The position numbers and the translations under genes were made by a program. From NCBI GenBank assembly GCA_963727625.1, contig CAVSHR010000004.1:608001-672000 (forward strand): a stretch of 64,000 nt of DNA. Reading direction: 5' to 3'. Position 1 is the first letter of the stretch, and each line of letters begins with the position of its first letter. The stretch is from an uncultured delta proteobacterium (GTDB taxonomy: Bacteria; Desulfobacterota; Binatia; UBA9968). This document shows, piece by piece, positions 10,297-17,894 of the stretch. A model generated the notes under the pieces. It was not told the DNA's origin. It saw nothing but the letters and a program-made list of their open reading frames with translations, and ran no database searches.

Positions 10297-10728
10297 ATGG
10301 CCGAATTTGCCCCGATGGAGATCGACCGCGCCAAGCAGTTTTTGACTCAGCACCACTGGGGCATTCTAGCGACCCGAAGAAAAAACGGCGGGCTACAAAT
10401 GTCACCGATAACGGTCGGCCTCGATAGCGAGGGCCGCGCCGTAATCAGCAGCCGGGAGACAGCATACAAGGTAAAAAACCTGCGGCGCGATCCGCGCGCC
10501 GCGCTCTGTGCGATCACCCCGACCTTTCACGGCGAAGGCTGGGTTCAGATCAACGGTAAGGCCGAGATTTTGTCACTCCCACACGCGTTGGACACGCTGG
10601 TCTCTCTGCAGCGCCAAGTCTACGGTGAGCGCAAGAGCTGGCCGGAGTTTCACGAGCGCATGGTTCGAGAGAAACGTGTGATCATTCGGATCATGATTGA
10701 TAGCGTCGGCCCGCGGGTGCGCGGCTAA
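10297..10728 (+). CDS. PPOX-class (pyridoxamine oxidase-like, probably F420-dependent) oxidoreductase
   Basis: GILATRRKNG..QMSP, KVKNLRRDPR, WVQING.AE and EKRVIIRI. Confidence 0.85.
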   Translation: MAEFAPMEIDRAKQFLTQHHWGILATRRKNGGLQMSPITVGLDSEGRAVISSRETAYKVKNLRRDPRAALCAITPTFHGEGWVQINGKAEILSLPHALDTLVSLQRQVYGERKSWPEFHERMVREKRVIIRIMIDSVGPRVRG

Positions 10729-10745
10729 GCCGAATTTAACTTTTT

Positions 10746-11384
10746 ATGCTTTGGCCAAACTCCAGTCTGCGCGTCGCGGGAGCCATGGTGTGGCTCGGCT
10801 TCGTCATGGCTATTCTTTGCGCGATTTCCCTGCGTCCGCCGGCCATCGGTGCGAGTATCGAGCCGTACCACACCGGTGAACTGTTGGTCGCCACCGACGA
10901 AATGAAGGATCCGCGCTTTGCTGAGTCGGTGATCTATATTGTCAAACATGACGCCGACGGCGCACTCGGGCTGGTGATCAATCGGCCTCTGGCGAAAGGA
11001 CCCGTAGACGATCTCCTCAAAGGCATGGGCGCAAAGCCGCAAGGCTCGAAGCTTGAAATCACGCTCCACTACGGCGGGCCGGTGAACAGCCACCAGGGTT
11101 TTCTACTGCACAGCGACGACGTGACGTTGGATAGCTCGATGCGCGTAAACGGCGGTATTGCCATGACCGCGGACGTCCGGATGATCACGGCAATCGCGAC
11201 AGGCAAAGGTCCGCGTCAGTTTCTTTTCATGCTTGGCTATGCCGGCTGGGCGCCGGGGCAGTTGGAAATAGAGCTCAAGGCGAAGTCATGGTTCACGGTT
11301 GCGGCTGATAAGGCGCTGATTTTTGGCACCGACGCGGACAAGAAATGGCAGCAGGCGACCGACAAACGACAAATTCCGACATAA
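10746..11384 (+). CDS. yqgE: YqgE/AlgH (UPF0301) family protein with hydrophobic N-terminal extension
   Basis: LLVA...DPRFAESVIYI, GALGLVINRP, YGGPV and LGYAGWAPGQLE.E. Start at 10746 or 10785. Confidence 0.88.
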   Translation: MLWPNSSLRVAGAMVWLGFVMAILCAISLRPPAIGASIEPYHTGELLVATDEMKDPRFAESVIYIVKHDADGALGLVINRPLAKGPVDDLLKGMGAKPQGSKLEITLHYGGPVNSHQGFLLHSDDVTLDSSMRVNGGIAMTADVRMITAIATGKGPRQFLFMLGYAGWAPGQLEIELKAKSWFTVAADKALIFGTDADKKWQQATDKRQIPT

Positions 11385-11438
11385 CGAAATGACCACGACA
11401 AGCTGCTCCGAACCCGTACCGTCAAAACAAGGAATCCT

Positions 11439-11813
11439 ATGAAACTAACGATCGACAAGGGTTCGGTAATTGCCGATCAAGCCCTCTCTCACGCTCACGC
11501 CAACAAGATCCGCCCGCTGTGTGTCGCCGTGTTCGACGCCGGTGGAAATTTGAAAGCGCTCAAGCGCGGCGACGGCGCAAGTATCTTGCGGCCTAACATC
11601 GAGGTGAGCAAGGCCTGGGGCGCGATCGGCATGGACGAGTCGAGCCGCCATTTGGGTAATCGACTCAAGGAAATGACAGCGTTCCTAGGCGCGCTCTCCG
11701 ATACGAGCGGCGGCAAGGTCGTTCCAGTGGCCGGCGGCGTTCTGATCATGGAGGCTGACGAAATTATCGGCGCTGCGGGTACCAAAGCGGCCGGCTTTGA
11801 ATACAAAATCTAG
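11439..11813 (+). CDS. GlcG/HbpS heme-binding family protein, C-terminally shortened (possibly degenerate)
   Basis: VAVFDAGG.L...R.DGA, KAWGA and GGVLI...IIGAAG. The usual VSG...DE helix segment appears to be missing. Confidence 0.7.
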   Translation: MKLTIDKGSVIADQALSHAHANKIRPLCVAVFDAGGNLKALKRGDGASILRPNIEVSKAWGAIGMDESSRHLGNRLKEMTAFLGALSDTSGGKVVPVAGGVLIMEADEIIGAAGTKAAGFEYKI

Positions 11814-11836
11814 CGGTTTACCAATCAGGAGGCCTA

Positions 11837-12187
11837 ATGAAAATCACCCGTCTTTATACCGGCACCGATCAAAAATCTCACTTTGACGACATCGAGCTGC
11901 AGTTCGGTGGCAACCAACCGATGTTGACCACTGATCCCCGCGCGGCCAGCAGCGCGGTGTTTCGCTGCGCGCCGGCCGGACTATTTCTCGAGCGCCATCC
12001 GGCGCCGCGCCGCCAGTTTCTTGTGACCCTCTCCGGGTCCTGGGAAATCGAGGCGAGTCATGGCGCGAAGCGCGTGTTCAAAGTCGGCGACGTGATGCTC
12101 GCCGACGACACCACCGGCGAGGGCCACACCTCCCGCGTGTTGGGCTCTGAGGCCCATGTGTTTATGACCGTGCCGTTGGTGGATTAA
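11837..12187 (+). CDS. Small cupin-fold protein
   Basis: HPAPRRQF.VTLSG..EIE and GDVMLADDTTGEGH. RBS aggagg. Confidence 0.8.
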   Translation: MKITRLYTGTDQKSHFDDIELQFGGNQPMLTTDPRAASSAVFRCAPAGLFLERHPAPRRQFLVTLSGSWEIEASHGAKRVFKVGDVMLADDTTGEGHTSRVLGSEAHVFMTVPLVD

Positions 12188-12222
12188 ATCTCGTAAACGA
12201 GCACGTGCCAAAACGATCCGAC

Positions 12223-12291
12223 GTTGAACTCTTGAACGATGAACTTTTGAACAAAACGGGTCGTTCAAGGTTCAATGGTTCAACGTTTAAG
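12223..12291. repeat. Inverted pair of TTGAAC / GTTCAA micro-arrays (potential ~70-nt hairpin)
   Basis: gttgaac tcttgaac gatgaac ttttgaac, a 10-nt spacer, then gttcaag gttcaatg gttcaac gtttaag. Confidence 0.75.
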
Positions 12292-12335
12292 GTAAAGTCC
12301 TCGGAAAATACAACATGGGTCATTGAGGAGAAGAA

Positions 12336-13268
12336 ATGCTGCGCATCGCCGTTCCTGATCTGGTTTCGAACTCGTACTTCCCCATCATTGCCGCCGTCGA
12401 AATGGGATTTTTCAAACAAGAAGGCTTCGAGGCGTCAGTGGACTTGCTGTTTCCGATTCCCAAGACCTTCGAGGCGCTACGCGACGGTGACTTTGACTTC
12501 GTCGTCGGCTCGGCCCATGCGACGTTGCTGGCCTTTCCAAACTGGCAAGGCGCCAAGCTGCTCGCCGCCTGCGGCCAACACACCTACTGGTTTCTGGTCA
12601 TCCGTAGCGATCTCAACCCTAAGCGTGGCGATCTGAGCATCGTTAAAGGTTTGCGCATCGGCGCTGCGCCCGGTGTGAATCTAAGTTTGCAGCGCATGCT
12701 GGTTGAAGCCGGCATCGATCCGGAGACAAATGGCGTCCAGATCATGCCGATTCCCGGCGCTGCAGGTCCGAACGTCTCCTTCGGTCTCTCCGCGGCGAAG
12801 GCCCTGGAAGACGGCAAGCTCGACGGATTCTGGGCCAACGGCATGGGCTGCGAAGTGGCGGCGCGCCGGGGAGTCGGCACCATGGTGCTCGACGTGCGCC
12901 GCGGCGATGGGCCGCCCGCGGCGCGTGATTATACTTTTTCCGCGCTGGTCGCCACAGACAAGCGCATCGAAAGACAGCCCGAGTCCGCCAGTGCGGCTAT
13001 TCGCGCGCTCATCAAAGCACACCATGCGCTCAAAGAAGATCCCAGCCGTGCCACCGCGGTCGGCAAGAAGCGCTTTCCACCGTCGGAAGCTGAGCTTATC
13101 GCCGAGTTGGTCCGCCGCGATCTCCCCTACTACGATCCGACGATCTCGGAACAAAAAGTCACAAGCATGAATCGATTTGCCCAAGCCATCGGTCTCTTGT
13201 CTGCTCCAGCTCGTTACGAGGACGTGGTGGCCACCCAGTTTAGCCATCTGTGGCGTGAACCCATGTGA
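12336..13268 (+). CDS. NMT1/THI5-like (NitT/TauT) substrate-binding-fold protein without signal peptide
   Basis: AVEMGFFKQEG, ALRDGDFD, KGLRIG and ALEDGKLDG. RBS gaggag fixes the start at MLRIAVPD. Confidence 0.82.
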   Translation: MLRIAVPDLVSNSYFPIIAAVEMGFFKQEGFEASVDLLFPIPKTFEALRDGDFDFVVGSAHATLLAFPNWQGAKLLAACGQHTYWFLVIRSDLNPKRGDLSIVKGLRIGAAPGVNLSLQRMLVEAGIDPETNGVQIMPIPGAAGPNVSFGLSAAKALEDGKLDGFWANGMGCEVAARRGVGTMVLDVRRGDGPPAARDYTFSALVATDKRIERQPESASAAIRALIKAHHALKEDPSRATAVGKKRFPPSEAELIAELVRRDLPYYDPTISEQKVTSMNRFAQAIGLLSAPARYEDVVATQFSHLWREPM

Positions 13269-13269
13269 C

Positions 13270-13921
13270 CTACGCTATAGATCCTCGAAACCGCGTGTCC
13301 TGCTGATCGATCCGCCGATCTACGATTTCTGGCTAAAGCCTATGGCCGGTTGCCGGCCGGCTGGGAGGCCAAGCCATCCTGCACAAGGCGGTGTGCGGCG
13401 CCTCCAAGTAAATATCCACCTCCCAACACGAACAATGCTCGATTCATTAATCCCGCGCTGGCGCGTCTAATGATCGATGCCGGTTTCAAAAATTTCTATC
13501 TCGGTTTTGAGAGTGGCGCCTATCCCGGGCAAAAAAGACCGGGGGTAAGGTCTACTCGAACACGTTGGTCGATGCGATGGCAAACCTGATCGAAGTCGGC
13601 GCCGATCCAATGCGACTGCGCGCCGATTTGATCGTCGGCCACCCCAATGGCGACGAACAAAGCCCCGAGGACTTAATCTACTTTGACTACAATCTCGGCG
13701 TCAGAGCCGTGCTTTTGGAGTTTTTGCCCATTCCGGCACTCCCGGACGGTAAATTTCGCCGTCACTGGCTCGACCTGAACGGGTCGTTCTGGCACAATAG
13801 CAGCACATTCGTCGTCCAAGAGCTCGGCTTCGGCGAACTCAATCCGTTAAAGACCTGGCTACCCGTTGAATCAGCGCTTCGGGCTGGCCAAAATAGAGGC
13901 GGACACCGCACCGGCAACTGA
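13270..13921 (+). pseudogene. Decayed B12-binding radical SAM gene
   Basis: Fragments in different frames: KPRVLLIDPPIYDFWLKP, NARFI...AGFKNFYLGFES and LIVGHP...EFLPIP..PDG. The CxxxCxxC region is deleted. Confidence 0.7.
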
Positions 13922-13980
13922 AACCGAGCGAGCCGCCAACTAACTTGCCGTGAGTGGTTTTGCAACCCCACCGTTAAAAA

Positions 13981-14009
13981 GGGAACTTTTCTTTGAAGAA
14001 TCAGTCTAA
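13981..14009 (+). promoter_or_regulatory. ECF (RpoE-type) promoter, probably autoregulatory
   Basis: GAACTT-N16-TCTAA (gggaac-N16-agtctaa), 13 nt upstream of ATG 14023 of the ECF sigma gene. Confidence 0.75.
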
Positions 14010-14022
14010 TCCTGCGGAATCG

Positions 14023-14601
14023 ATGGAGTCCGACTCAATCAACGACGCGACCTGCGTCCGGCGGATTCAGCGCGGTGACACAGATGCCTTCGAAATTTTG
14101 GTGCGACGGCATGAGAAGGCGATATTCAATCTTGTCTACCGCATGCTCGGCGATTATGACGACGCCGCGGAAACCGCCCAGGAAGTGTTTTTATCGGCGT
14201 ACCGCGCCATCGGCCAATTTCGCGGCGATGCGAATTTTTCCACTTGGCTGTATCGCATCGCGCTCAACCATGCCAACACCCGGCGCAAGAGTGTGAATAC
14301 GCGCCAGCACCGGCTGGTGCCTATAGAAAACACCGAACTGGTCAACGACACGCAACTGGGACCGGCGGAATCTTTAGAAAAGAAGGAAATTCGCGAGCGC
14401 GTGCAGCAGGCATTGAACGACCTGGAACCGGAGGACGCCACGGTAATTCTTTTGCGAGACTTGCAAGATACTCCCTACGAAGAAGTCGCCCGAGTGCTTA
14501 ACGTTCCCGTAGGCACCGTGAAATCCCGGCTGCATCGGGCGCGTCAGGCGCTCAAAGCGCGACTCGCGCTGCATTTCTACGCCGGAAGGAAGGCCGTATG
14601 A
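14023..14601 (+). CDS. ECF RNA polymerase sigma-70 factor (RpoE/SigW-like)
   Basis: GDTDAFEILV, AQEVFL, FSTWLYRIALN and YEEVA..L.VPVGTVKSRLHRAR. The promoter position favours ATG 14023 over TTG 13993. Confidence 0.95.
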   Translation: MESDSINDATCVRRIQRGDTDAFEILVRRHEKAIFNLVYRMLGDYDDAAETAQEVFLSAYRAIGQFRGDANFSTWLYRIALNHANTRRKSVNTRQHRLVPIENTELVNDTQLGPAESLEKKEIRERVQQALNDLEPEDATVILLRDLQDTPYEEVARVLNVPVGTVKSRLHRARQALKARLALHFYAGRKAV

Positions 14602-15731
14602 ATTGCCAGCAGGTCCAAACGCAGCTCTCCGAGTATCTGGACAAAACCCTCGACACGATCCACTTGAAAAGCATTGAGAACCACTTGCTCTCCTGTGTGC
14701 TCTGCCGCGCCGAAGCCAAGAGCTTAGCGGACTGCATTGGGCAGGTTCGCGATCTCCCGGTGGTCGAGCCGCCGCCGGGATTTGCCCAGCGGGTTATGGC
14801 GCACGCGAGAGAGAGCCAGATCAAGCCATCGATCTGGCGCCGTTTTTTTTCGGGCGTCAATTTCACCGTACCGGTTCAGGCAAGCGCCGTAGTTCTGATC
14901 GCGCTCTTCGCCGTATTGTTGTACCAAAGAGAAACCTCGCCTCAGAAGAGCGACAGTGCCGACGTGACAGCACGGTTACCCGCCGCGCCAACACTAACAA
15001 AAGAAGAAGCTATTTCGCTCACCGACGCTGCGCAATCGAGTCCGGCGGCATCGTTAAGCTCTGGACAAACAAATGGGGAGGACAAGTCTAGCGCTGAGCT
15101 CTATCGTCAATCGGCCGCGCAAGAGAAGTTCAAGCAGGGCACCGATGTGGCGGTTTTCAAAGACAGTGCGCAGACTGCGTCTCAGTCCATCGCTGGCGCT
15201 AAAACGGAAAAGCCTCTGGGAGATGCCCTTGAAGCACCGCGCCGCGCGCCGATTCAGGCCCAAGCGGTGGCGACCGGTCGGGAGTCGATACGGCCGAGCG
15301 CCGAAGCCTTGGGCGGTCGGAGCGTTATAGGCGATTTGGATCAACCTCTGTTCCGCACGCCCTTCACCGCGGAACAGGCTCTGTCGCCGCTGAGTGAGCC
15401 GGCTTCGGATATCGAGTTTATCGTCCGGCGCCGCTCCCCGGAGCGGCGCGACCGAAAGGCAAGCCCTGTCGATGAGCCATTGCGCAAGCGCAGCGAAACC
15501 GACAGTGCAATGCCGGCGGCTAAATTGGCAGCGCCACAAACAGGCTCGATAGTTGAAATTCGCTGGTTTATGGTGCCGGCGGATCGCTACGAGCAATTCA
15601 AAAAAGTATTGGCAGCCGAAACCACCGTAGAATCGGAAAAGTCCTCGGTCGGCGCGGAAAAGGAGATCGCCCTGAAGTCCGCCAGAGATCTCATCATCAA
15701 AGTAATGATCTTATCACCTGCGGAGCGTTGA
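14598..15731 (+). CDS. Zinc-binding (zf-HC2/ZAS) transmembrane anti-sigma factor
   Basis: MNC...LSEYLD, H-x3-C-x2-C (HLLSCVLC), one TM helix and a long extracytoplasmic tail. ATGA overlap with the sigma gene. Confidence 0.88.
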   Translation: MNCQQVQTQLSEYLDKTLDTIHLKSIENHLLSCVLCRAEAKSLADCIGQVRDLPVVEPPPGFAQRVMAHARESQIKPSIWRRFFSGVNFTVPVQASAVVLIALFAVLLYQRETSPQKSDSADVTARLPAAPTLTKEEAISLTDAAQSSPAASLSSGQTNGEDKSSAELYRQSAAQEKFKQGTDVAVFKDSAQTASQSIAGAKTEKPLGDALEAPRRAPIQAQAVATGRESIRPSAEALGGRSVIGDLDQPLFRTPFTAEQALSPLSEPASDIEFIVRRRSPERRDRKASPVDEPLRKRSETDSAMPAAKLAAPQTGSIVEIRWFMVPADRYEQFKKVLAAETTVESEKSSVGAEKEIALKSARDLIIKVMILSPAER

Positions 15732-15784
15732 TCTGTCCCGCGCCTCTCTGCCTGCGATCTATCCTGCTGTCCTCTTTGTCCGAG

Positions 15785-16273
15785 TCACCCGACAAACAAC
15801 GTAAACTTTGCACCGTTTAGGTTAGTCAGCGGTTTGGGTCTGAGCAGGCGGCGATCAAACGATAAAACGCGTTGGGCGATTTCCCAATTCACAGGCGGCA
15901 ACGGACTGAGCTGGCGGATTCGTTCGAGACTAAAAAATTCTGCGTGATCGACTTCATGGTCATCGGCCCTGGGCTCACCGCGGATCGGCTTCAAGAGCAG
16001 CACGACGTATATCCCGTTGCCGCTCTCCGGATCGTAACGGCTGCGCAACCCGAGCACCGCTTCAACTTCCGCGGTCACACCCGCTTCCTCTTGCACTTCG
16101 CGTACCACCGCTTGCTCGATGGTTTCATCGGGCTCGATAAAACCGCCCGGCAACTGCCAGTTGCCGCGCCCGTGACGCGACGCTCGCCGGACCAGCAACA
16201 AGGTCCCGTCACGCACCACCGCGCCGCCGACGCCTATGCTATACCCGCTGCTATAACGGACAGGAATCGCCAT
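15785..16273 (-). CDS. NUDIX hydrolase
   Basis: Nudix box GGFIEPDETIEQAVVREVQEEAGV. Confidence 0.93.
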   Translation of the reverse strand: MAIPVRYSSGYSIGVGGAVVRDGTLLLVRRASRHGRGNWQLPGGFIEPDETIEQAVVREVQEEAGVTAEVEAVLGLRSRYDPESGNGIYVVLLLKPIRGEPRADDHEVDHAEFFSLERIRQLSPLPPVNWEIAQRVLSFDRRLLRPKPLTNLNGAKFTLFVG

Positions 16274-16278
16274 AGTGA

Positions 16279-16476
16279 TTAACCCGGGAGTTGAAAGAGT
16301 TCTTTAACATTTTGCCAACGGATCGACTCCTCGGCCTGAGCCGAAATATTTGGATTCTCTCTGAGCAGGAGCACGTCTTCGAACTTCATCCTGCCACCCG
16401 GATCATCGTGCGGATAATCCGTCGCAAAGAGAAACCGTTCGGCGCCGAGAAACTCGATGGCCGCGGCCAGCTGCAA
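16279..16476 (-). pseudogene. C-terminal remnant of an Amidohydro_2 amidohydrolase
   Basis: LGAERFLFATDYPHDD...NVKELF matches the C-termini of the intact paralogs in this window. No matching N-terminal part upstream. Confidence 0.72.
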
Positions 16477-16656
16477 ATTCTCGGCTACGTCGTATATAAA
16501 AGCCAGGTAATGATTAAGTCAAGGTTTAGCGCAAAGGGGCAGCGAGCAGCGGAATACGATGCTGAACCGAATCACCCAGCGTCGCCGACGCGCAAGCGGA
16601 ATATTGTCGTTTGCGCGTCGTGTCAGATAACAAACAACAAGGGATAAGTCTAGAAA

Positions 16657-17130
16657 CTATTGTTCATGACGGTAACGACGATCCTGACCGGAATTCCACC
16701 AATCGTTGCCCCAGCCCCACCAGTTCTGGTCATTGCGTCGCCAGCGGTCGCGATTGTCGTATCGACTGCCGTAGCGATAGCGCCCACGATCGCCCCGCAG
16801 ATCGCTGTACCCGTCCCAAATCTCGCGCTGATCCTGATTGATCTCTCTTAAATCGGCGCGAATCTCGGCTTTTTTTCGTTCAATCTGAGCGCGACTAGCG
16901 CCGCGGCGGTAGAGCCGGCGTAGATCGGCACGATCCCGTTCAAGCTCTCGCTGATCTCGGCGCAATTCGGCCCAATCGCTACGATTATCCCGCCTCGCTC
17001 TCTCAGTCCGAGTCGTTTCATGTTTGGCGTGGCGCGCGTAATCGTCCGCTTGCGACAGGTCCGGCATGGCGAAACCGACCATTGAAAAAAGGCCAAAAGC
17101 GGCCAGCGTAACCGATGTTTTTTTATTCAT
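16657..17130 (-). CDS. Secreted Arg/Asp-rich hypothetical protein (coiled coil plus Trp-rich tail)
   Basis: RBS aggagg, signal peptide ending ...SQA, repeated ELRRD/DLRR/DLRE heptads and a tail WWGWGNDWW. Confidence 0.75.
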   Translation of the reverse strand: MNKKTSVTLAAFGLFSMVGFAMPDLSQADDYARHAKHETTRTERARRDNRSDWAELRRDQRELERDRADLRRLYRRGASRAQIERKKAEIRADLREINQDQREIWDGYSDLRGDRGRYRYGSRYDNRDRWRRNDQNWWGWGNDWWNSGQDRRYRHEQ

Positions 17131-17151
17131 AGGAATGGCCTCCTTGAAGCT

Positions 17152-17180
17152 TTAGACGGCGTCGTTAAACAAACGTTACA
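17152..17180 (-). promoter_or_regulatory. ECF-type promoter of the secreted protein gene
   Basis: Minus strand reads TGTAAC-N16-CGTCTAA, the same geometry as the promoter at 13981. Confidence 0.65.
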
Positions 17181-17259
17181 AAGTTCAACCATTTCTTAGG
17201 CTGCTTTGAACTCGTTGGAAGCGACTAGAGCCCGATCCATCGGAACGGGGCCAGCGTGA

Positions 17260-17294
17260 TTGACCGCCCGGCTTGTTTGCAATAGATTACCAAT
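17260..17294 (+). promoter_or_regulatory. Sigma70 promoter of the Fur-family operon with an overlapping imperfect palindrome
   Basis: TTGACC-N17-TAGATT. TTTGCAAT-ag-ATTACCAA (6/8 dyad) overlaps the -10. Confidence 0.5.
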
Positions 17295-17365
17295 AAGAAA
17301 GTAGTTGCATCACTGGGCAATTTTGACTTCGCGCTGCCAGTGGCGAAACCGCCAAAGGAAACCCA

Positions 17366-17875
17366 ATGGAAAAGCCAGCACAACCTAGCGGCGAGCAGCT
17401 GCAGCGCCTCGACGCCGCCTGCCGGGAGCGCGGCATTCCGGTGACGGTGCAGCGCCGGGCGATTCTCACGGCATTGCTTGAACGCCACGATCATCCCACC
17501 GTCGACCAGATTTATGTCGACGTGAAAGCTCGCATTCCCGGGCTATCCCGCACCCCCGTTTACCGCAACCTGGAAGCCCTGACCGACCTCGGGTTGGCGC
17601 GGCGGACCAACCATTTTGCGGCTTTCGCCCGCTTCGACGGCAACCTCGATCAACACCATCATTTGGTCTGCACAAAATGCGGCAAGGTGAAGGATTTCAA
17701 GGACTCCGGCTTAGCGTTGGCCGCACTCCCCGACTGCCGTCGGGCCGGATTCGCCGTGCAAGACTATTCGGTGTATTTTGAGGGCCTGTGCGGTAGCTGC
17801 AAGCGTTCTAACGGCTCCGCGAAGCGAAAAAAATCAAAAAACCGCGCAACACACCGCAACCGAGTGCAAATTTAG
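17366..17875 (+). CDS. Fur family transcriptional regulator (PerR-like)
   Basis: TVQRRAIL, HPTVDQIY, VYRNL, RFDGN..HHHLVCTKCG and C-terminal GLCGSC. Confidence 0.92.
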   Translation: MEKPAQPSGEQLQRLDAACRERGIPVTVQRRAILTALLERHDHPTVDQIYVDVKARIPGLSRTPVYRNLEALTDLGLARRTNHFAAFARFDGNLDQHHHLVCTKCGKVKDFKDSGLALAALPDCRRAGFAVQDYSVYFEGLCGSCKRSNGSAKRKKSKNRATHRNRVQI

Positions 17876-17894
17876 CGCTGCGGAGGAATCGACC

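Noticed and set aside
13993-14022. TTG start for the ECF sigma
   Set aside because: It lies inside the predicted ECF promoter; ATG 14023 fits better.
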